64,000 nt of DNA from IMG/VR virus record IMGVR_UViG_3300047470_000343, positions 29,786-93,785 of that record; one strand, 5' to 3'. This document shows positions 51,001 to 57,000 of this stretch, piece by piece. The notes under the pieces were generated by a model. The model had not been told where the DNA came from and made no database searches. It worked only from the letters and a program-made list of their open reading frames with translations. The position numbers were made by a program, and so were the translations under genes. How positions within the stretch are numbered: position 1 is the first letter of the stretch; every line of letters begins with the position of its first letter. This DNA is from a virus.

Positions 51001-54000
51001 GAGTCGTACTCGCTCTTCCCGTTGACCGTCTGAGTGACGCGGATCTTCTTGTTGGTGAGGATCGCCTCGACGATGTTCACCGCGTCGTAGCCGGGCGCGC
51101 TCCACGTGTCCTTGGTGCGGTAGGCCATGGCCTTGCGGGCCGACTTGGGAAGGTCGACAGCCCACAGGGCGCCTCCCTGCCACGACACCTTGATCTGGTC
51201 GGTGCCGAGGGTTTCGCGGAGGAACTGCTCGACCGGTTCACGGCCGATCCAGGAAGCACCGATCGGCGCGGCGATCTCGCCGGTGGACAGGTCTGCCGGG
51301 ACGACCCGCTCAAGCTGCTCGACGTGCAGATCGAACTGCGGGTCGTCGACCGCGGCCTGCCGCGCCTCGGCGAGCTTCTCGCGCACGTTGCCGGACAGGT
51401 AGTCGGCAGCCATGACGAGCTTGCCGTCCGGCGCACGGAACGCCAGCGGGTACTCCACACCCGTGTCCGGGTCGACGGACCGCACGGCCAGGAGCCGGGC
51501 GACAGCGTCCTCGGGGTCGGTGTTCATGACCCGGGCCATGCCGTCGGCAGTCAGCCGGCCGTCCTGGTCCATCACGATCGCGAGGGCGTCCTGCGGGTCG
51601 TCCGCGTGCTGGGCGATCTCACGGAACTTGCCCTGCCGCTTGGTGAAGACGGCGGCCCGGGTCGTCTGCTTGGTGTTGTCGTCGTACTCGTCCAGCGGCG
51701 AGATGTTCGCCATCGTGGGGTCCTTGGCGAACAGACCTCCGCGCGGCGCCCTCTTCCGGTAAGCCTTCTTCTCCTGCTCACCGGTCTCGGCGTTGGTGAC
51801 GGTGCGGTGCGTCCACGTGAACCGGTTGATCGCGCCGTACTTGGCGGCGTACGCCTCGTACTGCTCGTTCAGCCCCGCCCGCAGCCGCTCGATCAGCGAC
51901 TCGTCGGCGTCCTTGCGGGACTCCTCCGCGAGCAGCGACTGGAACGTGTCACGGACCGCGAGGAGCTTGCGCGCTTCGTCGACCTGGTTCTTCGGCACCG
52001 TGAACGGGTGAACCATGCGGTCGCGGACCTGAGTGAACGTTCCGTCAGGCTCGGCCTGCACGTGCCCGTCCACGCGGGCCGAGCCCGGCGGCAGAAGCAC
52101 GACCTTGCGGCGGTTCTCCGGCGCGGCCTGGTAACCCAGCCCCATGTCCTTCGCCGCGGCGACCGACCGCTTCAAAGCCCGGTCCAGGTTGGCGAGCAGG
52201 TTGCCGTCGCCGTCCGCGCGCAGCTCGTGGTCGTTGTGCTGGCCGCTCCCGACCGCGAGCTTCCCGAGCACCTGCTCGGGGTGGTCGTGGAAGTAGGAGT
52301 TGTAGAAGACCGGCGGCTCGTCGCCTTCCGACGGAACGTCGCTCTTGGGCGGCGTCTGCCCGGGAAGGGCGTACGTAGGCAGGGAGTGCACCCACATCGG
52401 CGGATCGTTCTGGCTGCGCTCGGACGGACGCTTGACCTCGCCGTTGCGGGCGCGGCCCGACGTGAACGTCTTGTCCTTGTCGCGGCGCTTGAAGATCAGA
52501 AGGTCGGTCATGACCGGAGTGCCTGCGGTCCGCTGGTGCGCACCGGACGGCAGACGGATCGCGGCGACCAGTTCGCCCTTCTCCGCCATCTCCATACGGG
52601 CGGACTCGGCCCGCTTGCCGTGGCCGTCCATCGTGAGCGCGGACGTGATCACGGAGACCAGGCCGCCGGCCCGGGTCAGATCCAGGGACTTGAGGATGAA
52701 GTGGTTGTGGATCGAGTGGCCGCCCTTGTTGTGCACCAGGTCGGGCACCTTGTAGCGGCCGAAGGGGACGTTGCCGATCGCCATGTCGAAGGTGCCGTTG
52801 GGGGCACGGGTGTCGCCGAACGACTCGTGACGGACCTCGGAGTGCGGGTAGAGGGCCTTCGCGATACGCGCCGTGATCGGGTCGACCTCGACGCCGGTCA
52901 TCTCGGCGCCGTCGGGGGCGTAGCCGATGAAGTTGCCGACGCCGGATCCCGGCTCCAGCACCATTCCGCCGTCGAACCCGAGTCCCTCGACCGCGGCCCA
53001 GACCTGCTGAACGATCTGCGGGTCGGTGTAGTGGGCGTTCAGAACGTTGTCGTTGGCGTCCGCCCACTCCTTGTCGGTCAGGAGCTGACGCAGCTTCTCC
53101 GCGAGCGGCGCGAACTGGCCCTCGGGGCGGGGCTTGAAGAGGTGCGGGACCGCGCCCCACCCGGAGTACCGGGCGAGCTCGGTCTGCTCGTCCGGTGTTG
53201 CCGGACGGTTCTCGGCCTCCAGCCGGTGAAGGATCTCGATGGCGGCGATGTTCGCCTTCGCCCGGTTGAGCGGGCTGGACGGCGCCAGGGTCTCGCCACT
53301 GGCCGGAGGCTCGAACGACGGAGCGGTGGCCTGCTGCTCCGGGGTGCCGAACGCTACAGAGCCGGAATCTCCACCGGCGGCATGTCCTTCGTCTCCGTGC
53401 CCGGCTCCTTCTCCATCCCGTACACCATCTCGTGCAGCACCCGTTCCCGAGCTCGCATCTTCACGGACTTCCGCTCGTTGGCCCGATCCACGACGTCCGT
53501 CCCCGCCACCAGAGGCGGCAGCCACTCGTCCGTCAGATCCTCGATCGCCGCCACGATCTCCGCCGACCGCTCCCGGGCGAACTCCTCCAGCGCCGCGTTC
53601 GTCGGCATCGCTGCCACCTCGCTGGGCCGGTACGTCTTCCAGAACGTTCGAACGAGATCCTCGTACGCCACCGTCGTTGCTCCTCTGTGTGTGATCGGCC
53701 AGGGCCTTCAGGGCGATGTCCACGTTCTCCCGCGCGGTACGCAGAAGGCTCTGGACGTGAATGTTGCGGCGGGCATCCATGCCGCGGGTGGCGCGCTGGA
53801 CCGCATCCAGCGCGGCCCGGAACTTGCTGATCGCGTCGGACGGGGTCAGCTCGCCCCGCTCATACTGATCCAGCACGTCGGCGGCCTGCACAGCGAGGTC
53901 GCGCGCAGCCTGCTCTCCGTGCAGTTCACGGATGTCGTTGATGGCCGGGAACATCTGGTTCGAGGCCTCGCGCAGCGCCGCGAGGACGTGCTGCTTCATG

Positions 54001-57000
54001 GCGGTCTCAGACGCCATGTGGGCCAAGTCCCGCTCGTCCTGCTTCGCCTGCTTGTCGGCGGCCGCACGGTTCTTGTCGGCCTGCTCCTTGTCCTGCTCGC
54101 GCACCAGGTCGGCGACAGCCGCCTCCTGGGTCAGGAACGACTTCTTCGAGGTGTAGCGGGTGCCGTAGCCGAGACGGCTCCACTTCCAGCGGCCCGTCGA
54201 GCCCCTGAGCGCCGAGGTATGCCCCTGTTCGCCGTCGATGGTGACGGGGATGCTGCCGTTGTCGTTCGGGGTGCCGAGGGAGACGCGGGCGAGCTGCTGC
54301 GCGTACGCCTGCTCGTCCTGCTTCTGCGCCGCGGCGAGGATGGCCTCAGCCTCGGCCTGGCTGCGCGCAGACTTCTCCGGATCGTCGTCATAGTCGCCGT
54401 CCGCCCAGTCCTTGACGGCCCGCTCGTACTCGGCGTCGAGGCTCTTGCGCGGCTCCTGCGACCAGTCCCGCTTTTCGGGCGTCGCCTGCTCGGGTGCCGG
54501 CTGCGGGGCGTTCTGCTCGGGGGCGTCCGGGTTCGGGGCGTCGGTCTGCGTCGGCTTCCCGGCGTACGGGGTGCCGTCGGGCCGCATGATGTCGCCCACC
54601 GGGTGCACGCGCGTGCCGCGCTCGGCGCGCACGAGGACCGACCCGGAGTCCTTGTTGACGCCCATGACGTCGCCGACACCGTCGGGAGAGTTGACCTCGT
54701 CACCGACCGCGGGGAAGTCCCCGTCAGCCGAGGCTTCCGGCGCGTTCTGCGGGGCCGGGGCGGGCTGCTTCTGTTCGGCCTGCCGCTTGGCGTAGTCCTT
54801 GGCGATGTACGAATCGGCGTCGCCGTGGTCGATGTCCCACTGGCCGCGGACGTCGTCCATCCGCTGCCCGAAGTCCTTGCGCCAACTGTTGACGCGGTTC
54901 GGGTTGCGGCGGAAGAGCTCGGGATCCCACCAGTCCACTTCCTGACCCGGGCGGGACGGCTCCTCGACCTCACGGCCGACCGCCAGGGCGAACATGCTGG
55001 CGTCACGCCAGGACTTGAAGCCCTTCCCGGCGCCGCCCGTGTAGCCGATATCGCGGCCGTCGTAGGCGCGGACGACGTCGAACTCCTCGGGGCCGCGCTG
55101 GACGATGGCGAACCCGAAGTGGTCCGCCGCGGTGACCTTCCACTTGGGGTTCGCCGCGATGGCGCGGAGCATGTTCTTACGGTGCTCGTCGAACGCCGGG
55201 TCGCCGCCGTTCTTCCAGTACTCGCGCAGCTCACTGGTATTGCCCGGCTTGTGGAAGCCGCCGGTGCTGTCGTCGTCGTTCTTCGGCCCGATGTGGCCGA
55301 CGGCGATGTTCTGCCGGGGGATGCCGGAGGTGTCGGCGATGGACTGCGCGGCCTGCACCAGCGGGTTCGGTCGCTCGGTCGGAGCCGCCGGAGCGTCAGG
55401 CTTGGGCGTGGCGGCCTGCTCGTCCAGCCACTTCTGAGCAGCGCGAGCCCGGAGGCTCTTTCGCCTATCCATCAACGGTCCCTCGTGGCCGTTGCCGATT
55501 GCGGCGATCAGCTCGATCCACTTTCGGTCGCGCTCCGGACCAGCCGGGTACTTCCACGATCCGTCGGGGTTGACCATCTCGGGGTCGACCGTGTGACGCA
55601 GGAAGGTGATCGCCGCGCCATCGGAGCGGAACAGAGCGAAGGGCAGCGGGCGACCGGTCTCGACGTCGCGCAGCTCCACGGAGTCGGGGCCGTTGCGGTA
55701 GTCGGAGCCGTGGTTGTGTACGAACGCGATGTCGCCCGCCACGGCACCGGAATGCTTGTTGGCGGCGGCCTCAAGGTTGTCTCGGGCCGAGGACGGAGGG
55801 GCTTGAGAGACGAGCTGCTTCCAGTGCTCGCGCACCTTGTCGTACTCGCTCTGGCCCCCGGCCGGCCGGTGGTACGGCTCGGCCGTACCGGTGTTGGACG
55901 CGGCAGCCACGACCGGCGCGGTCGGAGCCGCAGGGGCCGGAGTCGGGGGGGCCGGGGTGCGCTTCGCGGTCGCGCCCTCGCGCTTCTTCGCCGCCTTGTC
56001 CGCGAAGACCTTCTTCGCATCGACGCTGGCCTGGCGCACCATCTCCTGGCCCTTGGGCGACTCCAGGCGCTGGTGATAGCCGGGGGAGTCCCAGTCGAAC
56101 GGCTTGCCGTCGAGCTGGGCCGCCTCCAGGCGGTTCGCGAAGTCGACCGCTTCGCCCTTGCGGTCCGACATGGCCAGGCGGACACCGCTGCCGGAGACGA
56201 TGACGGCGTATCCGGACTTCCGCTGACCGTCCTTCTCCACGGTCATCTTGGCGATGACGAACCGGCCGCCTCGGGAGAGCTGCGGCTTGTCCAGCTTGGC
56301 GAACAGCGCGGCGGTTTCCCGCTGGTGCCGCTCCTGCGTGGCCTTATTGGTGGTGTACGGCTCCAGGTTGCCCTTCTGCCAGTACTTCTGAAGCTCGTCG
56401 AGGTTCTTGAACAGCTTGCCGCGAGGACCGGAGCTCTCACTGGGGGGAGCGGGGCGCCAGGCCCGAGGGACAAGCGGCTGGATCTTCGGGCGCTTCTTGC
56501 TCGGCGCGGGGATCGGCTCTTCGCCGTGGCTGGTGAAGCGTTCGTGAGCAAGATTCAGGGCGTCGCGCAGGTTGGCGGCGTACCGGGCGACTTCGTCTTG
56601 GCCGTCATCGTGGGCCAGTTCGGAGAGCTTGTCGGCGTCGTCCGCGAGCCATGACAGCCGCTCGACGTCGTCCGGGTCGAGCTGGTTCTTCTTGTCGTCC
56701 CGGACGTCGAATCCGGTGCCCACGTCGGCCAGGTTGTCGTAGAGCTCGTCTGCTTCGGTGTTGTGCCAGTTGGCCGGCCAGACGCCTTCCAGGTCCCCGA
56801 AATACTCCTCGCTGAGGTCGCGTACGGCGCGGCGGGCGTGGCTGGTGTCCCAGAACTGATTGAAGTGGTCGCCCACCTTGGGGCCCCGTGCGCGCAGCGC
56901 ATCCCCGTTGCCCATGAGGTGCCGGGCGTGCTCCGTCTCTCCCTGGTAGTTGTCCATGGGGAGGAGGTCAGAGAAGCGCGGGGTTGCGAGGTTGCCGCGC

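Noticed and set aside
43167-56654. 4495-aa plus-strand ORF, and others such as 34920-38312, 38598-41576 and 29115-31469
   Set aside because: These are antisense shadows of GC3-rich minus-strand genes: Val/Leu/Arg/Gly-rich text, no motifs, no RBS.
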